A stretch of 64,000 bases of DNA from a virus, in the IMG/VR virus record IMGVR_UViG_3300021389_000015, positions 9,321 to 73,320 of that record; one strand, written 5' to 3'. Shown piece by piece: positions 10,319-19,689 of the stretch; the stretch's first letter is position 1; each line of letters starts with the position of its first letter. The notes under the pieces are model-generated. The model was not told the DNA's origin. It did not search any database and was given only the letters and a program-made list of their open reading frames with translations. The position numbers were made by a program, and so were the translations under genes.

Positions 10319-11487
10319 TAGGTGGCGGTGTTGCCGGAATTACTACTGCATATTTCTTAGCCAAAAAATATAAAGTAAGATTGTTTGATCCTAATGGTAT
10401 AGCTGAACAGTGTAGTTATGCCAATGGCGGTCAATTGTCTGTTTGTAACGCAGAAGTTTGGAATACTTATAGTAACATTGCTAAAGGTTTTAAATGGTTG
10501 ACGCAACCAGATGCTCCTCTTGCTTTTCGACCTGATGTCTGGTCATGGCCTAAGATAAGATGGATTGCTGGATTCATTGGTGCAACTATAACTAACAAAT
10601 ATGATTATAATACTCGTAAGACAATAGAATATAGCTTAAGATCTAGAAAGCTTATGAAGAAAATGATGAAGGAAGTCGGCATTGACTTTCATCATAATGA
10701 CTGTGGTATATTACACATATATAAGAATCAAAAGTCATGGGTTAAAGCACAAAGAACTCTTGAAAGATTTAAAGATACTGGATGGGGTAGAGTTAAAACT
10801 AAAACTAATTTAATAAAGTATAATATTAAATCAAATGATGTTGTTGGTGCTACTTTAACTAAAGGTGACTCAGTAGGAGACATACATAGTTTCTGTCAAA
10901 ACTTATCTAGCTATATGATGCAAGATCCTAAGTATGATTACAGCTTTCGTATTAATAAAATTGTTCGAACTGAAGATGAAGTATTTTGGTCAAATCCGAG
11001 AGATATGGCTTTTAGTTTAACAAAACTTAAGAAAGACTTTGATGAAGTTATTGTTTGTGCTGGCGCTTATACACCACACTTAGTTCCAAGTATAAATGTA
11101 TATCCTATCAAAGGTTATTCTATAACTTATCAAAATGCGTATGAAGGTCCAACAATCTCTGTACTCGATGATGATAGAAAAATAGTTGCATCACCATTTT
11201 CAAATAATGTTTTCAGAGTGGCAGGTACTGCTGAACTTGCTGATTGGAATCATAGTATAAGAAAAGATAGAATCAAACCTTTAGCTGACTGGGTAGAACA
11301 AAATACGTTTATTAAAAGAGATGATTATAAAAGATGGGCATGCTTAAGGCCAATGACGCCTAACATGTTACCAGTAATAAGTAAAGTAAAAGGCCTATGG
11401 GTTAACACAGGTGCAGGTCATCTAGGTTGGACTATGGGCATGGCTTTAGCAGAAAGGCTAGCAAATGATTTGCAAAGACGTAAATGA
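10291..11487 (+). CDS. dadA: FAD-dependent D-amino acid dehydrogenase (DadA/DAO family)
   Basis: GGGVAG Rossmann motif, SYANGGQLS, PIKGYS, RVAGTAE, WACLRPMTP, NTGAGHLGWT. Confidence 0.85.
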   Translation: MGNNKSIAIVGGGVAGITTAYFLAKKYKVRLFDPNGIAEQCSYANGGQLSVCNAEVWNTYSNIAKGFKWLTQPDAPLAFRPDVWSWPKIRWIAGFIGATITNKYDYNTRKTIEYSLRSRKLMKKMMKEVGIDFHHNDCGILHIYKNQKSWVKAQRTLERFKDTGWGRVKTKTNLIKYNIKSNDVVGATLTKGDSVGDIHSFCQNLSSYMMQDPKYDYSFRINKIVRTEDEVFWSNPRDMAFSLTKLKKDFDEVIVCAGAYTPHLVPSINVYPIKGYSITYQNAYEGPTISVLDDDRKIVASPFSNNVFRVAGTAELADWNHSIRKDRIKPLADWVEQNTFIKRDDYKRWACLRPMTPNMLPVISKVKGLWVNTGAGHLGWTMGMALAERLANDLQRRK

Positions 11488-12607
11488 TATATTACAGAAA
11501 GAAATATACAGACAAGATACTACTATTGAACTAATTGCCAGTGAAAACTTTGCAAGTCAAGCTGTAATGGATTTATGTGGAAGTGTATTTACTAATAAGT
11601 ATGCAGAAGGTTATTCTGGTAAAAGATACTATAATGGTTGTGAACATATGGACGAGATAGAAGATTTAGCTATAAATCAAGTAACTCAATTATATGGTTG
11701 CGAATTTGCTAATGTACAACCTCATTCCGGTGTAAATGCAAATACTGCGGTGTACCAAGCATTTATGAAACCCGGCGATGTTATTATGGGTATGGACTTA
11801 GCAAGTGGTGGTCATTTATCTCATGGTGCTCCACCGACATTAAGTGGAAAAGTATACAACAGTGTTACGTACGGTGTTGACGAACATGGTTATTTAGATT
11901 ATGAAGTTATAAGAGGATTAGCCAAGATAAGTAGACCTAAAGTAATTGTTGCAGGTGCAAGTGCTTATCCAAGACAAATAGATTGGAAAGCATTTAGAGA
12001 TATTGCTGACGGTGTAGGTGCAGTACTAGTAGTAGATATGGCACACTATAGTGGATTAGTAGCAGGTGGTGTATATCTAAATCCTTTACCTTATGCTGAT
12101 GTTGTAACAAGCACTACTCACAAAACATTACGAGGTCCAAGAGGTGGAATGATTTTGTGGAATAATCCTGATTATACGAAAAGAATAAATAGTTCTATAT
12201 TTCCTGGAACACAAGGTGGTCCACTTATGAATATCATTGCAGCTAAAGCTCAATGTTTTATAGAAGCAAACACCGATGAATTTAAAAAATATTCTGAACA
12301 GGTAATCTCAAATGCTCGAGCAATGGCATTGCAATTAAATCAATACGGTATGAAAGTATTAACTGACGGCACGGACAGCCATATAATATTATTAGATTTA
12401 AGTGATAGCAAAAGGTCAGGTAGAGAAGCTGCTGACTTACTTGAAGAAAATGGAATAACAGTAAACAAAAATGGAGTTCCAAATGATCCTCGTAACTTTG
12501 TTGAAACCAGTGGCATAAGAATTGGTACTGCTGCAGAAACTACTAGAGGAAATGTAGAGTACTGGTTCAGAGAACTAGCACAAAAAATAGTGAGAATTAT
12601 AAAATGA
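11465..12607 (+). CDS. glyA: serine hydroxymethyltransferase
   Basis: IELIASENF, TNKYAEGY, GGHLSHG, TTHKTLRGPRGG (PLP lysine), FPGTQGGP. Confidence 0.96.
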   Translation: MICKDVNDILQKEIYRQDTTIELIASENFASQAVMDLCGSVFTNKYAEGYSGKRYYNGCEHMDEIEDLAINQVTQLYGCEFANVQPHSGVNANTAVYQAFMKPGDVIMGMDLASGGHLSHGAPPTLSGKVYNSVTYGVDEHGYLDYEVIRGLAKISRPKVIVAGASAYPRQIDWKAFRDIADGVGAVLVVDMAHYSGLVAGGVYLNPLPYADVVTSTTHKTLRGPRGGMILWNNPDYTKRINSSIFPGTQGGPLMNIIAAKAQCFIEANTDEFKKYSEQVISNARAMALQLNQYGMKVLTDGTDSHIILLDLSDSKRSGREAADLLEENGITVNKNGVPNDPRNFVETSGIRIGTAAETTRGNVEYWFRELAQKIVRIIK

Positions 12608-12843
12608 ATGAAATGCAAATGTTAAATGAATTTGTCAATCAACTTGCAATGTGTGAGTTGTTGTCAGCATACAATTTATTAGAACCATCGATGGCGTTCA
12701 ACTGTAGAGAAGTTGAAAACTTTGTTAAAGAATCTTACTTTGATAATAACTATCAAGGATTTATAACATGGTGGGATGCAAATGTAATGCCCTTAGTTGA
12801 AGAATTAAATACCATATATCAGGCAAGTAAAAATGGAAAGTAG
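12604..12843 (+). CDS. hypothetical protein
   Basis: 79-aa ORF with ATGA overlap. Confidence 0.55.
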   Translation: MNEMQMLNEFVNQLAMCELLSAYNLLEPSMAFNCREVENFVKESYFDNNYQGFITWWDANVMPLVEELNTIYQASKNGK

Positions 12844-12853
12844 ATAAATCATT

Positions 12854-13231
12854 ATGAACCCTTTTGAATACGTAAATGCAATTAACTATACTAAGAAAGA
12901 TATTATGACTGATGACATAACGGAGAAAGGATACGCTCCGTATATGATCAATAGACAATTATCATACTTTCCTGATACAGTACTTGCTGCAAATGAAATG
13001 AATCGCAACCACCACCTCGACAATCGTTTACAATTTGATTTTTTTATAAATATAGTTAGAAAACGTAAAAGGTTTTCTAAATGGCATAAGCCAGAAACTG
13101 TAAGTGATTTGGAAGCAGTAAAAAAATATTATGGCTATAGTAATGAGAAAGCCCGCCAAGTATTAACTCTCCTAAATTCTGATCAGATTAATGAATTGAA
13201 AAATAAGGTAATGACCGGTGGAAGAAAGTAA
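12854..13231 (+). CDS. gp62: clamp loader small subunit
   Basis: Y.PYMINRQLS, NEMN, RKRKRFSKW, YYGYSNEKA. Confidence 0.92.
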   Translation: MNPFEYVNAINYTKKDIMTDDITEKGYAPYMINRQLSYFPDTVLAANEMNRNHHLDNRLQFDFFINIVRKRKRFSKWHKPETVSDLEAVKKYYGYSNEKARQVLTLLNSDQINELKNKVMTGGRK

Positions 13232-13634
13232 TATAGTAGAATGGGCTCCAGCGAATATGTTGGAAGTTACATTGAATGAACCAGATGATTTTTTAAAGAT
13301 AAGAGAGACATTAACACGCATTGGTGTGGCATCTCGTAAAGACAATAAACTCTATCAATCATGTCATATACTTCACAAACAAGGCAGGTATTTTATCGTG
13401 CACTTTAAAGAGCTCTTTTTGCTCGACGGTAAGAAATCTAACTTAGAAGAAAATGATGTAGCCAGAAGAAATACTATCGCAACACTTATGAGTGATTGGG
13501 GTTTACTACAAATTGATAAAACTAATAAGCCAGAACCAATAGCACCTTTAAGACAAATTAAAATAATATCTTTTAAAGATAAAGACCAATGGAACCTATG
13601 TCCAAAGTATAACATAGGAAATGGTTCAAAGTAA
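13218..13634 (+). CDS. regA: translational repressor RegA
   Basis: DDFLKIRETLTRIG, LYQSCHILHKQGRYFIVHFKELF. Confidence 0.96.
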   Translation: MEESNIVEWAPANMLEVTLNEPDDFLKIRETLTRIGVASRKDNKLYQSCHILHKQGRYFIVHFKELFLLDGKKSNLEENDVARRNTIATLMSDWGLLQIDKTNKPEPIAPLRQIKIISFKDKDQWNLCPKYNIGNGSK

Positions 13635-13689
13635 AAAAAAAGTTTGTACAGGCTATGTACATTTAAAAATAAAGTATTATATATATTAT

Positions 13690-13746
13690 AGAGGCGCCGA
13701 TAACCGGGTCTCGTTCAACCTTGCTAGTCAATAGGAGGCAATTATG
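13690..13746 (+). promoter_or_regulatory. ROSE-like RNA thermometer in the hsp20 5' UTR
   Basis: 5' hairpin GAGGC...GTCTC, then CCTTGCTA pairing with TAGGAGG (SD) with a bulged G. Confidence 0.65.
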
Positions 13747-14154
13747 ACTAAGAACTTTTTATACCCTCGAAACAGTTTCTTGGGTTTCGACCACATTTTC
13801 GATCAGTTGGAAAATATCCATTCTCATGCGAAAGATACATACCCACCATATAATGTAGTTAAACACGATAGTATGACGTATGAAATAGAAATGGCCGTAG
13901 CCGGTTTCAAGAAAGATCATATCGATATTGAAGTAAAAGATCATGTTATGACTATTATAGGTGATAGACCAAAGCGTAGAGAACAAGACGCCTATGTCCA
14001 TAAAGGTATTAGTGCTCGAAAGTTTCAAAGATCATTTAGACTGTCTGAATATACAGAAGTAGACGGTGCTGACATTCAGGATGGAATCCTTACTGTTAAT
14101 CTCAAAGTAGTTCTACCAGAAGAGAAGCGACCTCGTAAAATTAAAATTAATTAA
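13744..14154 (+). CDS. small heat shock protein Hsp20 (IbpA-like)
   Basis: YPPYNVVK, EMAVAGF, HKGISARKF, DGILTV, PEEKRPRKI. Confidence 0.95.
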   Translation: MTKNFLYPRNSFLGFDHIFDQLENIHSHAKDTYPPYNVVKHDSMTYEIEMAVAGFKKDHIDIEVKDHVMTIIGDRPKRREQDAYVHKGISARKFQRSFRLSEYTEVDGADIQDGILTVNLKVVLPEEKRPRKIKIN

Positions 14155-14170
14155 TAACGAGGAAAATTAA

Positions 14171-14401
14171 ATGACAACTTTAACTCAGGCTGTAAATACA
14201 GCCACATGCCGGGTATGCGACGCAGTTGCAGCCTGGGGCAAACGCACTTTACACGATTTTCAATACAATAGACAGATGGCTGCTAACCGAGTGGTTGCTC
14301 AGGATCTGATTCATCTTGGATTTCATAATCAAAAAGAATATAATCAAATTCTTCAGAAAATGAATGATAAGACTATTGATGAATATCATAAGAGCTATTA
14401 A
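14171..14401 (+). CDS. hypothetical protein
   Basis: 76-aa ORF with GAGG SD downstream of hsp20. Confidence 0.65.
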   Translation: MTTLTQAVNTATCRVCDAVAAWGKRTLHDFQYNRQMAANRVVAQDLIHLGFHNQKEYNQILQKMNDKTIDEYHKSY

Positions 14402-14402
14402 T

Positions 14403-14447
14403 ATGTGGCCATATACAGAAGAAGAAAATGACTTCGTGTCAAAATAA
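14403..14447 (+). CDS. putative 14-aa peptide MWPYTEEENDFVSK
   Basis: ATG 1 nt after the upstream stop; fills the gap before the terminator. Confidence 0.4.
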   Translation: MWPYTEEENDFVSK

Positions 14448-14451
14448 GATT

Positions 14452-14476
14452 AGGCGGGTTCTTCCCGCCTTTTTTT
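14452..14476 (+). terminator. rho-independent terminator
   Basis: AGGCGGG-TTCTT-CCCGCCT followed by a T-tract. Confidence 0.9.
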
Positions 14477-14477
14477 A

Positions 14478-14485
14478 TATAAATA
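14478..14485 (+). promoter_or_regulatory. T4-type late promoter for lysozyme
   Basis: Intergenic TATAAATA upstream of AGGAG SD. Confidence 0.85.
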
Positions 14486-14506
14486 GTAATTTATAGGAGA
14501 TATAAT

Positions 14507-14956
14507 ATGAATATAGAAAACTTAAGAAAAGAACTTGAATTGGATGAAGGAGTGAAATATGAAATATATAATGATCATCTCGGCTACGCTACTTTCGGTA
14601 TCGGTCATTTGGTTAGGGATTCAGATCCAGAGCATGGACAAGAAATTGGAACAGCTGTCTCAGAAGAAAGAGTTATCGCAGCTTTCGACGAAGACGTACA
14701 AATCGTGCTCTCAGATTGCGAGCGATTGTACAACGACTTTAATGTCTTGCCGGAAGAATGCCAAATGATTATCGCAAACATGATGTTTAACATGGGAAGA
14801 CCAAGACTTTCAAAGTTTAAAGGTATGAAAGCTGGAGTTGATGCAAAAGATTGGCATAAGGCTGCAGACGAAATGATAGACTCTGCATGGTATAAACAGG
14901 TTCCTAATAGAGCTGGTAGACTCGTTAAAAGAATGAGAGCTCTTGCAAATGGATGA
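14507..14956 (+). CDS. lysozyme (GH24, T4-lysozyme-like endolysin)
   Basis: DEG...IY.DHLGY.TFGIGHL, NMMFNMG, AADEM.DS.W..QVPNRA.RL. Confidence 0.92.
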   Translation: MNIENLRKELELDEGVKYEIYNDHLGYATFGIGHLVRDSDPEHGQEIGTAVSEERVIAAFDEDVQIVLSDCERLYNDFNVLPEECQMIIANMMFNMGRPRLSKFKGMKAGVDAKDWHKAADEMIDSAWYKQVPNRAGRLVKRMRALANG

Positions 14957-15215
14957 TTTAGATTTTGATTTTGGTTTTACTGCAGTAACTGAAGATGAGT
15001 TAGATGTAGTAAAGAAAAATCAAACAACAGTTAATAAAGCAGAGAAACTTGCAACAACTACACAAGACAGACTTGATAAATTGTATAATGCTATAGTTCC
15101 TTTGCTTAATAATCTTAAAAAGAATCCAGAAAAAGAATACATTCTTTGGCCTAATAGATTAGAAAAAGTAGAACAGTTTGAAGATCATATACAAAAAATA
15201 TATAAAAACGCATAA
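14949..15215 (+). CDS. hypothetical protein
   Basis: DFDFGFTAV..., LLNNLKKNPEKEYILWPNR. Confidence 0.65.
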   Translation: MDDLDFDFGFTAVTEDELDVVKKNQTTVNKAEKLATTTQDRLDKLYNAIVPLLNNLKKNPEKEYILWPNRLEKVEQFEDHIQKIYKNA

Positions 15216-15220
15216 AGTCC

Positions 15221-15249
15221 TTTACATTTACTAAAAACTATGGTATAAT
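15221..15249 (+). promoter_or_regulatory. early sigma70-type promoter (repeated family)
   Basis: CCTTTACA-N17-TATAAT with extended TGG. Confidence 0.8.
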
Positions 15250-15258
15250 ATAACTACA

Positions 15259-15864
15259 ATGAAGAATTTTAAAAATTATATAGAAGAAGCTGCAGGTAAA
15301 GGATTAACCATCTTTGATATAGATGAAACTATGTTTATAACCAAAGCAAAAGTAAAGGTAGTTAAAAATGGCAAAGTTATTAAGAAACTTGATAACCAAG
15401 AATTTAATACTTATAAGAAAAAAGATGGAGAAGAATATGATTTTGGAGAATTCAAAAACGCAGAAGTCTTCAAAAAAACTTCAACGCCAGTTGCAAGAAT
15501 GATTAACAAAGTAAGAGCAATACTTAAAAATGCTACTAAGGCAGGTTCAAAAGTTATTATTGTAACTGCAAGACCAAACTTTGATAATAAGAAAACATTC
15601 CTTGATACATTTAGAAAACAAGGTATTGACATAGATAAAATCTATGTTGAACGTGCAGGCAACCTCGGTTCAGGTCCTGCCGCAGATAATAAAAAAGTAA
15701 TATTTAAAAAATATTTAGATCAAAAAATATACAAACGAATAAGACTCTTTGATGACGCAATGTCAAATTTAAAAATGTTTCTGTCTTTACAGAAAGATTA
15801 TCCAGAAGTCTCATTCGAAGCTTTCTTGGCAAAACCAAATGGTTCAGTTAACAGAATCCGCTAG
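15259..15864 (+). CDS. HAD-superfamily phosphatase-like protein with capsid-targeting-like N-terminus
   Basis: IFDIDET (motif I), IVTAR, LFDD (motif IV); N-terminus MKNFKNYIEE. Confidence 0.75.
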   Translation: MKNFKNYIEEAAGKGLTIFDIDETMFITKAKVKVVKNGKVIKKLDNQEFNTYKKKDGEEYDFGEFKNAEVFKKTSTPVARMINKVRAILKNATKAGSKVIIVTARPNFDNKKTFLDTFRKQGIDIDKIYVERAGNLGSGPAADNKKVIFKKYLDQKIYKRIRLFDDAMSNLKMFLSLQKDYPEVSFEAFLAKPNGSVNRIR

Positions 15865-16144
15865 AAATTATTTAAGCATTACCACAAAAGCACATGATAA
15901 AAAGTATGCTTATCTTGCAGTTAATGGTGGTGGTTGCTCAGGTTTCCAGTATGAATGGAACATGACTGATACTTCAGAAAAAGGTACACTTATTGAAAAT
16001 ATTCTAGTGCTCGATCGAACAGCCGAAATGTTTGTTATAGGTTGTACAGTTGATTATGTAAAAGAGTTCGGTGGATCCTATCTTAAAGTTATAAATCCAA
16101 ATGCAACTGCGCAATGTGGTTGCGGTGAAAGTTTTGCTGTGTGA
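15839..16144 (+). CDS. A-type Fe-S carrier (HesB/IscA/SufA family)
   Basis: GGGCSGFQY and CGCGESF. Confidence 0.92.
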   Translation: MVQLTESARNYLSITTKAHDKKYAYLAVNGGGCSGFQYEWNMTDTSEKGTLIENILVLDRTAEMFVIGCTVDYVKEFGGSYLKVINPNATAQCGCGESFAV

Positions 16145-16264
16145 ATAGAAAAGAACGTAAAGATTTTTTCGAAACAATGGAGATAATGTTATTTGCATTC
16201 GTGTTCGTTATGCTTCAAATTCTTGGTGTATACATAATTTTTTTAACTTAGATGCATTTTTTCC

Positions 16265-16293
16265 TTTACATTTACTAAAAACTATGGTATAAT
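16265..16293 (+). promoter_or_regulatory. early sigma70-type promoter
   Basis: TGCATTTTTTCC-TTTACA-N17-TATAAT. Confidence 0.8.
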
Positions 16294-16319
16294 AGTACTT
16301 ATAATTAAAGGAGAGCTAA

Positions 16320-16532
16320 ATGCTAAATTATAATCTAAACAACCCAACACCATTCATCAAAAAATATATTCAAAAAAATAATCATATTATCAACAAATTC
16401 GCAGATTTATTATTTTCGGATCCAAAAACTACATCATCACCACAATGGAATTCACTTCCACTATTAACTACAAAACTCGCTTTCGAACTCTCATTATACA
16501 AACTCGAAAACGGCCGTGATTTTTATTTATAA
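16320..16532 (+). CDS. small early hypothetical protein
   Basis: AAGGAG SD directly after a promoter. Confidence 0.65.
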   Translation: MLNYNLNNPTPFIKKYIQKNNHIINKFADLLFSDPKTTSSPQWNSLPLLTTKLAFELSLYKLENGRDFYL

Positions 16533-16547
16533 AATCACACTTTTTCC

Positions 16548-16576
16548 TTTACATTTGTTTAAAACTGGTGTATAAT
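16548..16576 (+). promoter_or_regulatory. early sigma70-type promoter (upstream of the gp43 operon)
   Basis: TTTACA-N17-TATAAT. Confidence 0.8.
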
Positions 16577-16600
16577 AGATCTATAATCGAAGGAGAGCTT

Positions 16601-16783
16601 ATGTCTAAATTACAACAACACTATATTAATTTTCAATCACAACCAACAATTCCACATAAAGTTTTATATTTACAAAAACACCAAAACGAATTATCACAAT
16701 TCAACATAAACGTACCTAATCTCATCACGGCCTGGACTACAAATCAATGGCCATGGAATCAACCTAAACCGGACCACAACTAA
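16601..16783 (+). CDS. small early hypothetical protein (start MSKLQQ)
   Basis: AAGGAG SD before ATG 16601; the longer 16568 start lies inside the promoter. Confidence 0.65.
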   Translation: MSKLQQHYINFQSQPTIPHKVLYLQKHQNELSQFNINVPNLITAWTTNQWPWNQPKPDHN

Positions 16784-19270
16784 ATGTCATTTTACACTAA
16801 CGTATTACGCTATAAAAACTATATACTTCACCGGGGTTATCATAACAACGGTGAAAGGTTTATGCGTAAAGAATATTTCCAGCCAACACTATTTGTTTCT
16901 TCTAAGAAGAAAGAAGGCTGGACTGGATTCGATGGTCAGGATGTTGCACCATTACAATTTGAAAGTATGTTTGAAGCTAATCAATGGTTAAAGCAAAACA
17001 TTGATGTATCTGGTAGAAACATATATGGTAATAAAAAATTTACACAACAATTCGTTACCGAAAAATATCCACGTGATATTGAATTTAAACGTGAGTTTAT
17101 TAATGTAGGTACTATTGATATTGAAACAGATTATGATACTGGCTTTCCACATCCTAACGAGGCAAGTCAAAAGATACTTGCTATAACCTATAAGTCAAGT
17201 AAGTTCTCTACGTACCATGTATGGGGTTACGGTGAATTTGATACTACTAAAGCTCTTATTACTGATGTCAAATACATTAGATGTAATAGTGAAGAAGAAC
17301 TTCTCAGTAAGTTTTTAGAATTCTGGTCACATCCTGATATTACTCCAGATGTTATTACTGGTTGGAATACAAGGTTTTTTGATATACCTTACATCGTAAA
17401 TCGTATGGCAAAAGTTTTAGGCATACAAGAAATTCAAAAGCTATCACCATGGAATATGCAACTCGAACATAGAAGAATTACAAAACGTGGTAGTGAAAAT
17501 GATGTATATGAAATACCCGGCATACAAACTCTTGATTACATGGAATTGTTTCAAAAGTTTGGTTATACATATGGTCCACAAGAATCATATGCATTAAATC
17601 ATATTGCTTATGTTGTACTTGGTGAAAAGAAACTTTCTTATGAAGAATCAGGTTCACTTAAAAATCTATATAAAGATGATCACCAAAAGTACATTGACTA
17701 TAACATGAAAGATGTTCAATTAGTTGACAGGCTCGAAGAAAAGATGGCTCTTATTACATTGGCCTTAACCATAGCTTACAAAGGTGGTGTTAATTACCAA
17801 GATACTTTTGGTGTTACTGCTATATGGGAATCAATCATATATCGTAAATTAAACTTAAGTAAAGTAGTTGTACCTTTAAGTAACAATGAAAAACCATATA
17901 GGTCTTTTGCTGGCGGTTATGTTAAAGAACCACAAGTTGGTAGACACGATTGGATAGTATCTTTTGATTTAAATTCATTATATCCAAACTTAATTGTGCA
18001 ATACAATATGTCACCAGAAACTTTAACCGACAATACTCATATGAATGATGTTGGTTATTATCTTAGCGGTCAAAGCGTTGATAGTGAATATTCAGTTGCA
18101 GCAAATGGTTCTTCTTATCGTAAAGACATTGATGGTGTATTACCACAAATCATTGAAGAATATTATGATGAACGTGTGTCTGTAAAGAAAATGCAAATTG
18201 CTTCTCAAAAAGAAATACAAAACGGTTACACTACACAACTCGATAAAGAAATAGTTACACTTGAAAATAAACAGTTGGCTATAAAAATTCTACTTAATAG
18301 TCTTTATGGTGCATTAGGCAACAAACACTTTCATTACTTTGATATTAGACTTGCTGAAGGTGTAACTTTATCCGGTCAGCTTGCAATTCAATGGGCAGAA
18401 AAAGCAATGAATGCTGCAATGAATAAATTACTTAACACTGAAAAAGATTATGTTGTAGCAATTGATACGGATTCTTTATATGTTAACTTTGGTCCATTAG
18501 TTAAAGAACTATCTCCAGCAAATCCAGTTTCTTTCTTAGATAAAATTTGTAATGAACACTTTGAACCTGTATTACAAAAAGCATATGAAAAGTTATTTCG
18601 AAATATGAATGCTCATAAGAATAGAATGGTCATGGCTAGAGAAGGTATATCTGATAGTGGCATATGGACTGCAAAGAAAAGATACATTCTAAATGTTCAT
18701 AATAATGAAGGCATTCAATATAAAGAACCTAAACTTAAAATCATGGGTATTGAAGCTATTAAGTCATCAACACCTGAAGTTGTACGTGATAAATTTAAGA
18801 AAGCATTCAACCTAATTATATCTGGTACTGAAGCTGAAACACAAAGATTTATTCAAGATTTTCGTAATGAATTTAAAACACTTTCACCTGAACAGGTTGC
18901 TTTTCCAAGAAGAGTATCTAACATTACTGATTGGTATGATCACAAAACTATTTACAAGAAAAGTTGTCCTATACATGTTCGTGGTTCACTACTCTTCAAT
19001 AAGTATTTAAAGTCTAATAAATTACAAAATAAATATGAATTGATCACTAACGGTAATAGAATAAAATTCTGTTATCTTAAGTTACCTAATTCGATCAAAG
19101 AAAATGTTATTGCTTTTCAAGATGCATTACCTAAAGAATTAAAATTACATAACTATGTAGACTATGATTTGCAATTTAATAAAACATTTATAGAACCACT
19201 TAATTTAATATTACATTCTATCGGCTGGTCTGCCGAAGAACAAACTACCTTGGAGGATTTTTTCGTATGA
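16784..19270 (+). CDS. gp43: DNA polymerase, family B
   Basis: DIET exonuclease motif, SFDLNSLYP, KILLNSLYGALG, DTDS, KKRY; C-terminal TLEDFFV clamp motif. Confidence 0.98.
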   Translation: MSFYTNVLRYKNYILHRGYHNNGERFMRKEYFQPTLFVSSKKKEGWTGFDGQDVAPLQFESMFEANQWLKQNIDVSGRNIYGNKKFTQQFVTEKYPRDIEFKREFINVGTIDIETDYDTGFPHPNEASQKILAITYKSSKFSTYHVWGYGEFDTTKALITDVKYIRCNSEEELLSKFLEFWSHPDITPDVITGWNTRFFDIPYIVNRMAKVLGIQEIQKLSPWNMQLEHRRITKRGSENDVYEIPGIQTLDYMELFQKFGYTYGPQESYALNHIAYVVLGEKKLSYEESGSLKNLYKDDHQKYIDYNMKDVQLVDRLEEKMALITLALTIAYKGGVNYQDTFGVTAIWESIIYRKLNLSKVVVPLSNNEKPYRSFAGGYVKEPQVGRHDWIVSFDLNSLYPNLIVQYNMSPETLTDNTHMNDVGYYLSGQSVDSEYSVAANGSSYRKDIDGVLPQIIEEYYDERVSVKKMQIASQKEIQNGYTTQLDKEIVTLENKQLAIKILLNSLYGALGNKHFHYFDIRLAEGVTLSGQLAIQWAEKAMNAAMNKLLNTEKDYVVAIDTDSLYVNFGPLVKELSPANPVSFLDKICNEHFEPVLQKAYEKLFRNMNAHKNRMVMAREGISDSGIWTAKKRYILNVHNNEGIQYKEPKLKIMGIEAIKSSTPEVVRDKFKKAFNLIISGTEAETQRFIQDFRNEFKTLSPEQVAFPRRVSNITDWYDHKTIYKKSCPIHVRGSLLFNKYLKSNKLQNKYELITNGNRIKFCYLKLPNSIKENVIAFQDALPKELKLHNYVDYDLQFNKTFIEPLNLILHSIGWSAEEQTTLEDFFV

Positions 19271-19689
19271 GTACAAACTGGTTTAAAGATATGCAGGACA
19301 TGCATATAAAATATGGTGTCAACAAATGGGTACAAGCCGAAAAGCAAAGTGATGTAGAGATTAAAAGATTTAATCAATTCATGGACTTTAGAATTAACAT
19401 GATGCAAGAAGAACTTGATGAAACAAGAAATGCATTTATCAATAAAGATCCTGAAGAAATAGTTGATGGCATTATTGATCTATGTGTGTTTGCCATCGGT
19501 ACACTCGAAGTATTTGGTGTTGATGCTAATAAAGCATGGGATGAAGTATATAAAGCCAATATGAATAAAGAAGTTGGAATAAAAGAAGGTAGGCCTAATC
19601 CACTTGGATTACCAGATTTAGTAAAGCCTAAAGGTTGGAAAGGTCCATCACACGAGAATAATCATGGAAATATCTCTGACTCTTTTTAA
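19267..19689 (+). CDS. MazG-like / all-alpha NTP pyrophosphohydrolase
   Basis: QEELDE, EEIVDGIID, ANMNK, DLVKPKGW. Confidence 0.8.
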   Translation: MSTNWFKDMQDMHIKYGVNKWVQAEKQSDVEIKRFNQFMDFRINMMQEELDETRNAFINKDPEEIVDGIIDLCVFAIGTLEVFGVDANKAWDEVYKANMNKEVGIKEGRPNPLGLPDLVKPKGWKGPSHENNHGNISDSF

